From assembly GCA_030704615.1 (NCBI GenBank), contig CM060733.1:43772001-43836000 (forward strand): a stretch of 64,000 nucleotides of DNA, given 5' to 3'. Position numbers and translations under genes: made by a program. Of this stretch, positions 48,311 through 60,270 are shown in pieces; within the stretch, counting starts at the first letter, position 1, and each line of letters starts with the position of its first letter. This DNA comes from Takakia lepidozioides (lineage: Eukaryota; Plantae; Bryophyta). The notes beneath the pieces are model-generated. The model saw nothing but the letters and a program-made list of their open reading frames with translations, did not search any database and was not told the origin of the DNA.

Positions 48311-50777
48311 GGTACATAAACTTTGCACTATTCCGTTCGGGGCCATTCAAAGGGTTCCACCATTCTTCCTAGCGTGGAGGACACCTGGAGGTTGTGGTAC
48401 GATGTACACAGAAGTAATGGCGAAGGAGTGGCATGCCGAGCATTTGGTAGACTGTCCTTGGTATGTGGATCTCCCAAGTGGCACCGTTGACCTCTCGGAG
48501 GTTAACTTGAAGAAGGAAGCGAATGCCAGGGCTATGAAGGCGCAATCGGATCCCCAACCAGAGGATGTGGAAATACTGAAAGCAGAGGAAGCAGCCAAGC
48601 AGAAAGCACTGAGAAAGTCAGCCAAGGCGGTAGCGTTGGCGAAGGAGCAGATGGAGAAGCAGGCAGCTGAGCAGCCCAAAGACAGGAAGAAAAGAACGCG
48701 CAAATAGGGGCAAGAGACGAAGACCCCCACACCCAAGAAGAAGAAGCAGCAACATAGTCAGCCAGATGACGAGGATTCCGACGACGATTTCCAGCAGGAT
48801 AACACCCAGGGGGTCACACCTCGTCCGAAAATTCACAAGGGCCAGCGCTCCGGGGGTTCGTTTGCGAAGAGATCACTATGCGAGGATGCACCTGGCAGAC
48901 CCTACCATGCGGTGCTCATTGCGGGCAGAGAAGTCCTCAAAACACCCACAATTGTCGAGTGTGTTAATGAAAATTTCCTAACTGCTCTGACTAGACCGCT
49001 GGAGATAATGAGATTGAGGAAGGCGATCGAGGCCCACCAAGGGAAGGGGAAGAGGAAGGCCACTGGCAATGATATGGAGGACACTCCTGGCTACACAAAG
49101 ATGATGGAGTATTTTGTGGCGATGAGCCACGGCAAAAAGAGCACAGTCGGGGGCAGGGCGGTGAAAGCCTCCATCGACATGATCCTTGTGGATATCCCGG
49201 ATGGGCAGGAGATACTGGGGCTGGGCTCAGTACCCTGGTGGAACAAGTACGATGAAAGATACTGGAGCCACACATTCGGGTTCGCAGCGAACATGTTGGA
49301 CGACGCTGGCTGTGTTGTTGTGCTAGCAGCCGATGGAGAAGTCACTGAGAATGATATCAAAGTATGGACGGGGAGAAGTGCAGCACCCATCCTGAAAAAG
49401 ATCTGGACTTGCATCAACACGCAGGGTCTTCTAAACGATGGCCAGAAGGTATGCTGTGGTTCTCCTCTGCTATGCCAATTTCTGCGCCGAAATTGCCCAT
49501 ATACGTGTAGGCCACCTCTGACGTTTTCATTTCGTTCTTTGCAGACTCTTATCTTTCAGGCATTCTGCTTCGTGAAGGAACATTCGAAATTCAAATTACG
49601 TCAAGCAGGAAGACTTGTTGATTCCACAGTTGATCCACTGGAGTATAACGTCCTCTTCAACCATGTGGGAGAGAAGGACATGCTTTGTGATATGTCGGGC
49701 AAGCCGTGGAGGTATGGCAGGACCAGGAGTCCAACATTCATCCAGACGCTCATGGAAACGTGTTGGGATGTTGAAGGCAGGGTCCTCGACGTCACTGCAA
49801 ATACAGGTGAGAGCGTTAAGTGATTGCGGCACCGAAATTGATACCATTTCCGATTGTGTATGTTTGCTTGTGCGAGGAAGCGACTCATTCTTGAGTTTGG
49901 CTGTGCTTGTGTCATATGAATTCGCATGTGCCTGTATGTGGGCGGGAAGGATGTCCAACCAATTTGTGTTCTCATTTGAGGGGGATACGGCCTTGTACAA
50001 TTTCAATTTGGCGGGCCTACAGCGTCTGCCTCCGACTGAGGATCCCAAAAATGCAGAAGAGGACGTGGAAGGGGAAGAGGAAGAGGAAGAGGAGGAAGTC
50101 CAGGAAATTCATACGATGCAGGGGCGCCCGAAGCCGCTTCCTCCAATGCATGTCTTCGAGTGAGTTGCACCATAGTAAGTGTATTGGTTTCGGTTGTAGG
50201 GACCATGCAACCTGCCGATGATTCCCTGTTTGAATGCTCTAATGTGCTTCATTCTATGTTTGTGCGTACACTCAGCCTTGCAGAGTCGTCCGACGAGGAA
50301 ATGCTGGGAGACTTGCCCGAATCGGACCCTGTTGCAGAGGAGGAGACAGAATCGCATCGGCCATTCTTTGCCAGAAAATCGTTTCTCGCGAGTCCCTAGA
50401 AGCCCTTTTTTCTTCCAGCCTATGCAGACACGGCTGCCAGAGAAGCCATCAGGAGGGAGGATAGGCCTACTCGGTTTGAGCAATTGAAATTTGGGAATGA
50501 GCACAAAATTATAATGAGGCGTGAGGCCAAACAGAGAATTGTGAAAGGCAGAGTAGGCAAGTTCGTCATAGAATCCGCGTCCGAGAGCGAGGGGGATGAT
50601 GAGGACAGTCCCGCACCCAGGTGGACAGTTCCGGCTGGTGAGGATGGTATTTTTGAGGGGAGGGCTTCTCAGAGTAACAGCGGTAGCGGCAGTGCAGGTT
50701 CGGAGGCAGGTGGAAGGCAGCCATCCTTGCATGAGGCCGGGGATGCATCGGACAGTGATCGCGGATCCTCACCATAG
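48311..50777 (+). pseudogene. 3' half of the ParB-MTase gene, family B (methyltransferase exons; premature stops)
   Basis: SIDMILVDIPDG, KPWRYGRTRSPTFIQTLMETCWDVEGRVLDVTANTG, MWAGRMSNQFVFSFEGD and RWTVPAGEDGIFE; intron positions match family A. Confidence 0.88.
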
Positions 50778-51648
50778 CAAAGTCTCATTTGGATCCTTTT
50801 GTTGTACAATTCTGAAACACTTAATGAAAATATTGACGATTTCAAAAATCATTGTGTTCAGACTGCATGTCCGATTCCCTACATTTCTTCCGGCAACCTA
50901 AATGTATAATAAAAGCAGAAGAGACGCAAACTTAAGTAAAGAACCCTACAAGTAAATTATGCACACCAGCGAGCCTTCAAGCCATGAAAACCCTGCCGTT
51001 TCTAACATTCCTATTGGGAATTTCTGCGCCGAAATAGCCCAGTGTGCGCCTTCATAATATGGGCCTTATAAAATTCCTGGAAGGAATTACTGCACCAAAA
51101 TATCACGATGGAAGCCTTCAGCACAAGGCACTTCAGCGCATTCCACTAGGGTATTTCGGCGCCGAAATAGCCCGCTCTGCGCCATAAAATACCGCAGTAT
51201 ATCACATTTTAAGAAGAGATTTCGGCGCCGAAATACCCCGGTGGATGTCTTCAAAACACCACTTTAGCACACTGCTCTTGGGAATTTTGGCGCCGAAATA
51301 CCAAGGTCGGTGGTTTTAGGACGGCGGTGGTTTTAGCACAATTTCTTCCCGTAATATCATGGCACCTTCTCTGTCGAGCCCCTTCTAGCCCCACTCATTT
51401 TCGATCACCTGTGTGGGTAGCCGTTGCTGGCCAATGGGGGCACGTATTGCTGTTGCCCCAGAGAAGATCACCTGAGAAGGTTTTCCGCATTGGGTTTTCA
51501 ATGTTTGCATCTCCTTGTTTAAAAACAACAGTGATTACTTGTCCCTCTCCATTCCTGGTGGGCGCACACTTCCTCAATGCCGCCCTGTGTAAGTGCCTTC
51601 TGCATTCGATGGAGCGGGATTTGAGGATCGCGATTGTGTGAGCCGGTG

Positions 51649-52203
51649 ATGGGAGACATTATGGTGGAGTTGGACTTCAGTGAAGGTACACGCAGGGTGA
51701 CGAGTTTCCGAGCACTTCTGTGGGATTCTCTTTGGGTGAGGCATGCCAGTGGACAACAATGGATACTTGTTGTGCGAGATAGACCTGGAAGACGGAGCGT
51801 TCGTCTCTTCATCATGAGATGTTGCTGCGGCGAGTTCTGGAGGTCTTCCTACCATAACTATACTGCACCTACACAGTATTTGCTCCCGGATAGGGCTCTT
51901 GAGTTGCTCACTCACTCTTCTGGGCCAGGGAATATATTGTTGACACTAAGGGAGAATCGGAACAGGTTTGTCCTAGATGTTTGCGAATTTCACGACGCTG
52001 TGGAGGAGGTCCCAATAGGAGGCCTCCAATATCTGCATGTTTTCACGAACGTGACCTCTATAGATATCTTGTATCTTTATGTTCGCCATCTTAATCCAAA
52101 AAACGGCAATGCGCAATGGACAAGTACCGCACCACTCATAATTCTGGACCTGTGGTTCGACGACTCGGTGGTTCGTGTTGTGAATGTCAACGCAGCAGCA
52201 TAG
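51649..52203 (+). CDS. Intronless ~184-aa hypothetical protein inside family B MULE
   Basis: Open, protein-like beta-rich ORF between the MTase gene and the TIR; no family recognised. Confidence 0.5.
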   Translation: MGDIMVELDFSEGTRRVTSFRALLWDSLWVRHASGQQWILVVRDRPGRRSVRLFIMRCCCGEFWRSSYHNYTAPTQYLLPDRALELLTHSSGPGNILLTLRENRNRFVLDVCEFHDAVEEVPIGGLQYLHVFTNVTSIDILYLYVRHLNPKNGNAQWTSTAPLIILDLWFDDSVVRVVNVNAAA

Positions 52204-52639
52204 CGCGGTAAGGATCATTGTGGAGGGTGATTGGAGGGCACAACCTCCGGGATATGGTAGTTCCACAGGTTTCTTATGCCGCAGTGGTATTTCTGATGAT
52301 GGAAGCTCGGAGTAGTCGCTGTACAAAATAAAAACTTGTGGTTGCCTGATGTTTTTATTTCGGGCGTCATATCAATGTGGGCTTGATGTTGAGTTGAATG
52401 GGGTTTGCAAGTTCAACTATCGTCTGACCCTGAATGTATTACCTTGTCAGCACAATGGCTTGTGAGGGCTACAATTTTGTGTCTCTTTCCTGTCCTGCAC
52501 AATGTTTTACAGTGGTGACGTGGAATAACGGCGCCGAAATACCTCATTCCGTATCCTGGACCAGGAGAAATAGACCCTATTACCGAGGTAAGAGGACATA
52601 ACACTGTCAATAAATGCACGAAAATTCCAATTCCGCGGA

Positions 52640-52705
52640 TGCCCGCTCATGAGCTCATAGGCTCATGGGCTCATGGGCTCATGGGCTCATGAAATAGTAA
52701 ACCTC
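52640..52705 (-). mobile_element. Terminal inverted repeat of MULE family B
   Basis: Reverse complement GAGGTTTACTATTTCATGAGCCCATGAGCC...; abuts LTR sequence cctagtgg exactly. Confidence 0.88.
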
Positions 52706-54712
52706 CCTAGTGGTTCTCTGCAGATGTCATGGTTTTTCCTCTTATCTCCCAGTTGACCATCCCTCATTACCCCTTTTACTGGGCAGCTCTCTCCCTTCCC
52801 AAACCTTTTCTCTCTCCTTCCTGGTGTAAAGGTTCCTCATTTTCTTCCAACAGCAGCCTATCTACAATGCAATGCAAGACACATTTAGCCACGCATCCAG
52901 TGCATCCAGCCTTGGAGTCAACCTTGGTCACACAAGACATGATCAGCTCTTTCATCAGTCTTTCTCTCCCCCAATTACAGTCCCTTCACACTGCTTGCCC
53001 CCAAGGGAAACCCAGTTTTGCCCGACAGTTCCCAACCCTTCTACAGGTCTATAGCTAAACACCCCAACAGCTCTCTTTTGCCCTTTCAGATGTGAACCTC
53101 ATCTGTTCAAATGTTGAACCACTCTGAAGCAGCTCTAGACTCCACATCAGTGTCAGTTTGCAGCCCCATCCACATCATCCTCTCTCTGATTTCGAGGAGG
53201 TTACAGCTAACCCTCACTAGTGCCCTCATCAACTATGCTAGATTTGCACTATATCTAATCCTCAAATCCCAAGGCAGCATTGTGTGCAGACTCATGACAC
53301 TGAAGCCAAATGAGCAGAAAGGACAAAACAAACAGCAATCATTCTGTCACTGTGGTGAACTACATCTGTCCTCACTCAACTCTCCTATAGACAATGTGCA
53401 TCAGATCCATCCATCTCCACCCCATCCTGGTTTGAAGTCCAGAGTCCCCATTCCATTTCTCAAAGTCTTTTTCCCATCCTCATCATGCTCTCAGTTTTTA
53501 GAGTCTCTACCAAAATTTCACAACAACGATTCCTAAGTGCCAAAAAGAAGAAGATGAATCTACGAACTTATCTGTCTTATACTCCAGTGAAGCAGTGGGT
53601 CTGCCTGCCCAAAATGGCACCTCACCATCTCCGTCAGCAGCTACCTTAACTCCTCTTGTCGTCTTGATTCCAGCGTTCATTAAGTCATGACGGCTCTGCT
53701 TCAGCCTATGGCAACATCCCTATAGCTTGCCAACTAACTACCCTATCTTACTATATGAGCAATTCTACCCTAAGATCTGATATGATCCTATAACAAGAAG
53801 ACAGTGATCATCTGAAAGTTTTAATTACAGATAACTTGAGTTACCATCCACACAAGCTAGCCTCTCATTCGCTTTGGCAGCTGCTCGCTGTGTTGAGCTG
53901 CTCTATCTCTCCATTGATTGTGCCACAACTCCACTTGCCTGTTCTCTGGCAGCTGGCTGCTTCCCTTGCATGCTCATCCTCCCATGACCATGTTCATCAA
54001 GGCTATGGCGGCACAGGTGTTGCACCGCTCTCCCTGTAAGCTTATCCTCCAGAAACTGATCATTACCAAGAAGAAGGCGGCACCGCTTCCCCTGCTGCAC
54101 AGATTACCAAGCTGTGCCCTTTAACGCTTCCCTTAATGCAAGCCAGAATGCGCCAGTGCAGATACAATTTCCCTTGACACAATGCCCCGCCAATTCCACT
54201 GTTCGCAGCATCTGCTCAGAGCGCCTGTCATCTTCCCCTTCGTCTTCCGCGACCCGCGTTTCTAGGGTAATCACCAGCGATGAAATACATTCATCCTATG
54301 GATGAAAACACGCCTGGTCACAACTTAGCCACTTTCATCCTGGTAAAGTATCAGCATAGTGTGCCCATGAAACAACCTGTAGGCAGGGATGTATTCTGCC
54401 CATCATTGGTACCAGGGCACTCCCTTTGTAGCAATGCAGAATCTTAGTGGGTAAAACAAAAATTTAATGTTACTCCCCTGCATTCACACTACAATGTCGT
54501 CAACGCCATTCAGGGACATTATCAATTCTAATCAGGGACACTATAATTACACAAGCTCCTAATCCAGGTGAATTCAAATTCTCGCTGAAGAATGACTCAG
54601 ACAAAGAAGTGAATGTCGTCAACGACATTCAATTTGGATCTATGATTACAATCCTTAGGAAGCCAAATTATTTCCCAAAAAGTGCAGTAGAGTTTCCAGT
54701 ATGATATTGCAC

Positions 54713-54900
54713 CTGTACACAACTCGAATCATGGCCCACTCTCCTCCAACCTTACTGTCAAAGTCGTTGGACCGTAAAATGTTACCATCTTTGGAGAACT
54801 CCCGGAAAAAACAGTCAAAATGCGCACCTTTTCACTGCTTTTCTGACCATCGGAATCCGAAATACAGGCTCCAGGGGAGATAATAGAAATCTGCTTGTCA
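54713..54900 (-). pseudogene. Internal exon of the family C ParB-MTase gene
   Basis: LFFREFSK...RSNDF...AMIRVVYR|GT aligns with family A LFFREIAD..RSHEF...AMRLLYR|GT, with the same phase-2 donor. Confidence 0.72.
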
Positions 54901-55145
54901 GCATGCCAAACCAGGAGCAAGCGGGCCAAAATCGGGGCTGCAGGCAACAACCAAGTAAAAACGCCATACACACTAGGTTCCCTTTGCCCACATCCTTATT
55001 TGCAAGCTCAAGAGAATTCAAAGCAAGTAGGGATCCTCACCTGGTCCCATCACAAGCCCCCACAAAAACTAATAGGTTAGTGAGGATTGTGGAACCCCCT
55101 TCCACCTTTGTGTCAGGCTGTATGGTGCTCTTTGGGAACTGATTC

Positions 55146-56527
55146 TGTCTGTTTTCATGTTTCACAGAATCCAACTTCATCTTCAACTCAGTGGGATCTA
55201 CCTGCCCATACTTGGCAAATATCATATCCTGAAATTCATCCCAATTCGTAGGCTTGGGATTTTGCCTTTTGTACCAGTCATCAGCCTTGCCTAGTAAATT
55301 TAACCTAGTCACTTTGAATAACTTATCCTCGTTCAAATCTCTGACATCCCTATCAGCTGCAGTTTCTCTAACCAATCAGCCACGTCTTCTACCTCCTTAC
55401 CATAAAATGGTGTGTCTATCTTTGATGGGTTCGTCATGCCTACTTCTATCCTTTGACTTCTAGATATTAGTCATGGTGATTGTCAGTTACAGACCATCTC
55501 TCCCCATCAAAGTTTTCCTCTCTCCCATTCAGAGTCATCCTTTGCGATAAGACACTCACTCGCATCCATCTCTCTGATGTTCTGATCCACAGTATAACAG
55601 TAATCCTGTTGCCTGCGTGGGTGATTCTAACACATAAGTCTCCGTTATGAACTGTTTGAGATACTTGATAAAACCTTGGTTGAGGGTTGTTGTATGGGAA
55701 CACACTGTTATCATAGATTATCAAGATGTCACCTATGGTAGGATGTGCAGGAGACAGCAGCCTATCCTGACTCGTCATCTCAGTAGATCTTTGTCCTCCT
55801 TTCTACCTCTCTAGGAAAGTCAAGATACTCCCTATGAACACATTGCCAGCGTCTGATCCTGCCTCTATCTTCCACTATTTCCCAAACAATCAAGCGACTT
55901 ACCTCCCCTTGGTGCTCCACTCTGACCAGTTTATCCCTTGCTCTGAATTCTACTATGGTTCCACTAGGCCAAAGTCTGAAATTTGGTCTTCCATTATCTA
56001 TTCCTTGGACCAGAATGTCACCTGCTCTAAGTAGCTGATGCAAAACTGCTAGTTCTGGATCTATGTCTTCTAACCTCATAGAGTGTTCGTCTGACATCTT
56101 TCACCAGACTGAACTCCTCTTAGCATTGTTTCTTGCTGTTCCTTACTGGCCTTGGAAGTACATCAGATTCCTTCTGCTGTTTACTCTCTTCGAGACACCC
56201 TAGAGCTCACATGATTTGTCCCTTCAGAATCTACTGCAATCCAAGTAATCCTGTCTTGACTAAGCATCCAGACCTTTCCCCAAGTATACTCTCCAGTGTG
56301 AACGATCCTTATTGCCAAATCTCCTGGCAACCTGTAATTTGAATCTTGAGGGTCAAAGCCTAGCAGTTCTATGTTAGCAAAACCAACTATTCTAATTACC
56401 AAGTCACCCCTTTGTGGTCCAGCACTCAAGTAGTTCTCCCTTGCGTTCCATTGTGTTGAACTCGCGAGCTGATGATGGGACGCCAGCTTTCCTGTTGTTA
56501 GTCCACTGTCGACCTGCTCTGATACCA
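55146..56527 (-). mobile_element. 5' part of gypsy-like element 3: PBS, three small ORFs, gag start
   Basis: PBS TGGTATCAGAGC at 56527-56516; ORFs 56181-56528, 55780-56097 and 55467-55778; gag FYGKEVEDVADWL...LLGKADDWY from 55437. Confidence 0.8.
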
Positions 56528-57534
56528 AAAATAAAGGTCATATGCCCATGCCAGTACTACCCATTAGTACTCCATTTATCCCAGACTGCAGCGGAAGAGA
56601 AAGCCTGGTCTAAATGGATTATTTGACTTCTTGTTTTGAAGTAACATGCTAACTGTCTTTCTTAACTATCATCCCAGGTAGGTGGTCGCATTCCTTTGAT
56701 CCTTCCCCTTACTTCTTCTGCCTTTGTGTTTGCATCCTTCACTGTTCGCATATGGCACTGCAGTGTTGCTTACTTCATACTTCAGGTGCGATCATGCTTT
56801 GCTTCAATGCTAACAACTCGATCTTACATGGTTATGCAGGCAATCTGGTGGACGACTTGCCCTCTACTTCCCGTGATCAACCTCTATTTCTAATCTTCCC
56901 GGCATGTTAGCGAAATCGCTCAAGCTTCATTCTACGTGAATACAACTCGCATGCTGGATCCTATGCTCAATGATCCTTATCAGCCATTCTAATGCTAGCT
57001 AAACATGACCATCGCCCCAATGTTAGTTGTTACATTCATACTGATCCCTAACTCCACCTTATCCCGCCGTCTCCTTCACGTGATTATTTAACAGCAATAA
57101 TATTTAAGATCCTACAACTTTTGGACATCAAGTATGGCGGCCACCGGGTCTTATCCTCCTCTGTGCCACAGGCCCATCAACTTCTAAAAACATACGATTC
57201 CCACGTGTTTTGTTTCTCAACCACTCTTTTAGCTGCATGCCACTTGCTAATATTTAATATGGCCACCCTGTTCCTAAATTACTGCTGCATCTCCTTTATT
57301 TCCGCGATTTCATCCCATCTATGATAACTTGATCTCACATTTCATCCCTCTGCCAACCCGTCATTCATCTGGTACTCAATCCATGTTTGAATGAAAAATT
57401 GGCGATTTTATCCGCTTCTCCTTAATGAAAAATCGCGACTTCATTGCATCCTTGAGCCCCACAAACCCTACGTGCTTTGTCTGTTTCTTGCATGCCTTCC
57501 GTGTTTTGCTCATCACCTCCCTTCGACCTACAGA

Positions 57535-57705
57535 CACATCCCCCGTCAGGGCATGTCGAACGATTGGCATTGATATTAGGCGGTAGAGAGGGATCATAAT
57601 CTTGCCTCCAAGCTGCATAGACTTGATCACCTGCGCGGAATTGACCTTCTCGTACACGAGGACCTTTGCCGCTCGCTCTTCGTAGAAAAGATCATTTTTC
57701 TTCAA
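57535..57705 (-). pseudogene. N-terminal ParB-domain fragment (family C)
   Basis: KIMIPLYRLISMPIVRHALTGDV aligns with KLRIPLCRLVSLQVVRPALPGDI. Confidence 0.75.
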
Positions 57706-57729
57706 CAGGCTTCTCAGTCACTACCTCTT

Positions 57730-58400
57730 CCTGCTGCTGACATAGCCTTGGTGAACTTGACCTGCTAGCATGCCGTACGCTGGGAAGTCGTGTATGCACC
57801 ACATTAGGATGGCCCGCATGTTGAAAGCCCGTTCATCCCGAATGCTGGCCACATCATGGGCTGGGACTCCTACCCACAATTCTGCCAACTCCTCCACGAG
57901 GGGTTCAAGATAGACATCAATATTCTCCATCTTCATGGACTCCTTCCCTGGAATGAGCAGCGACAACATGACAAAAAAATTCTTGGTCACCAACCAAGGA
58001 GGTAATTTGTCGTTGAATAGTAGGATGGGCCACGTTGACCAACTCGTAATTCACCCTATCCAATGCCAAACCAAGACGCAGGTAATGTGGATCTGATGCG
58101 AACTCCGTCGCCATCCCAGCTCTATCCTGTAACCCAGTCGAATTTGTGGCATTGCCTGGTTCCTTAGTGCTTGCATGGGGAATGCCAAATCCATCTTCAT
58201 TCGCTTGAGAAGTCGCGTCCCTTCTGATTCTGTCAGTTGTTTCAAAAGCCTCTTGCAAAGCACGTTGCATCTCCTGTTGTAAAAGTTGTTCTTGGTCAGG
58301 TTCACCTACACCCCTCGTTTCAGGTGTAGGACTGAACGGTCCTTCTTCCCCGTCCGAATCTTCATCATACATAATGTGAGCCTGCAATTTTCAGCATTAA
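57730..58400 (-). pseudogene. CACTA/En-Spm TnpD (Transposase_21) fragment
   Basis: LRLGLALD...LPPWLVTKNFFVMLSLLIPG...IDVYLEPLVEEL...ILMWCIHDFPAYGMLAG. Confidence 0.88.
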
Positions 58401-59260
58401 GCATGACTCAACAGCGCAGATTCATCACTGAACGCAAAATGACAAGTCAATGTTGTCAGCTAGTATGCCTTGGGCCAGTTCAAATACAGTTCACAAATGA
58501 AGCCATTTTCTGCAAATTGGAATTGTGCTTGATTCATTCACTTCAACAGTTCAACAATGCGCTCGGCTATTATCAATACCTATCCTTGCGGATCCAGGGT
58601 TGTCTTTGAGGTTCATCGTCGAACGGTGATCGCAACGTTAGTCTAATCTGGGATTGATATGCAATTGATGATGACGATGAGGATGACCTTTGTGTGTCTG
58701 TGATGGAGCACACCGGGGACTCCGATGAAGACCTGCCCGGCGGTGAACCTGCCCCAGCCACCATTTCGCACAAACGCCCAGCAGCTGCGGAGTCTCCATA
58801 TGTAAGTACCCAGCTCAGTGTAGGTCATGTGTAAGTATGCAGCCAGATAGAGAAACTGCCCGTCCACAGTTGCATTGCCCCAATTTTGAAAGTACTTGCC
58901 AAGTACTTTATGGAATGAAGAATACATACCCCATTATAGGGGGGCACACACAGTGCATGAGAATATGGTGGTTGCATTTGCCAAAAAGAAGCAATTGAAT
59001 TGACCTCTCTAGCATTCCAGGGGGAAGAGGCATTGGTAGCATGCCAAAAGAGGGTGAAAGCCAACCTTTCCCTAAAACCATGCACCGGACACGCAACAAG
59101 AGTGAGGCCTATTACATTTGGTTGATTTTCTACCCAAGACCTGCATGACTTCTTTGATAAATGGCACCTGATTTTTTGTCATTGTATGATCCTCATTACC
59201 AATGTGCTTCCCTGGTGGTTGTGTGAGGGTTGAGTTTTTGCCAACTGTTTAGGGTGAGCT

Positions 59261-60270
59261 TTGACCAGCATTGTGTTATGTGTTGCACATGTGAGGAAGA
59301 AGCGTGCAGCGGTTGGTGGACCCAGCACTGCCACACAGGGCAGCCCATCAGGGCATGGTTTGCTGAAACAGGTGAACCCAACTGTTGGCAAGACTCCACC
59401 CTCCAAACATCCTCCCACCCGGCCTGTTGCCAGTTATCCTCCATTCACACATTACCCTCATGCTTTTCCCCATCCAACACACTATGACTCTCACTCTCAA
59501 TACCCCCTACCCCCATCTGGTTATGCAGAGCAGGCCTATGGCCATTCTCCACCCCCTCATCCTTCTTTCCAGCAACTGCCTCATAGCTACCCTCAACCTG
59601 CAATGCGACCGCCATACCCACCCTATGTCCCTTACCCCGGCCCTATGCAACATCTCCCCAGCTCCAGTCACAGCCCCCAGTGGATGAAGTCCCTAGTGAT
59701 GTCCCCGGAGCCCCCGATTGAAATGTCTAAGAAGGACAGAGCCAATGCACTGCGGCGTGAGAACCGGAGAGCAAAGGCAACGGCAGCAAAGGTGAAAGTG
59801 GAGTGAGAGCAGCTCGGCCTTCCCTCACAGATCGTTGTTGTCAACAAGTTTGGGGGCCAGTAGGCCATTCTCGCAATTCTTGGCATGCATCCCTTAAAGG
59901 GCAGATGTTTCGATTGTGTGACTTATCATTGGCCATTCAAGAGCAGGATGAGGAGGACATTAAGGCAGTCTAGCGCATGCTGGCGTCCACTTTTTCATAC
60001 ACTCCACGCAGTCTGGACTATGAGCACATGCGACACACCATTGGCAAAGCTTTGAAGACACAACAAAGTGAACTCTATGCAAAGTTCAAGGCAGGGGAGG
60101 CTGCACCTTTGTATGTGGACGAAGGGCAATGGACCTGGCTTGTTGTGTACTGGTCAACCCCAAATTTCAGCACCATATCAGCCAAGATGAAGAAGGCAAA
60201 TTTGTGTATACAGAATCCATCAAAAATTGGTCGTGGTGGGAAGGCATTTGTGGAGGCACGTCTGGTAAGT
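59261..60270 (+). pseudogene. CACTA TnpA-like (Transposase_24-type) remnant
   Basis: P.YVDEGQWTWLVVYWSTPNFSTISAKMKKAN...SKIGRGG; stops present. Confidence 0.6.

Larger units (their letters stand above)
17470..54493. mobile_element. LTR-bounded insertion whose interior now holds ~34 kb of nested TEs; LTR pieces at 17470-18390 and 52706-54493
   Basis: Termini TGTAGTGTGAA...TTCACACTACA. 4-bp TSD ATGT (17466-17469 and 54494-54497) splits the repeat core gtgaATGTcgtcaacgcc. 17899-18390 is nearly identical to 52706-53192. Confidence 0.8.

Noticed and set aside
55146-56527. Endogenous caulimovirid (tRNA-Met PBS followed by small ORFs)
   Set aside because: The downstream ORF looks like retrotransposon Gag; no movement protein or viral coat motifs seen. 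Not fully excluded because the element is truncated.
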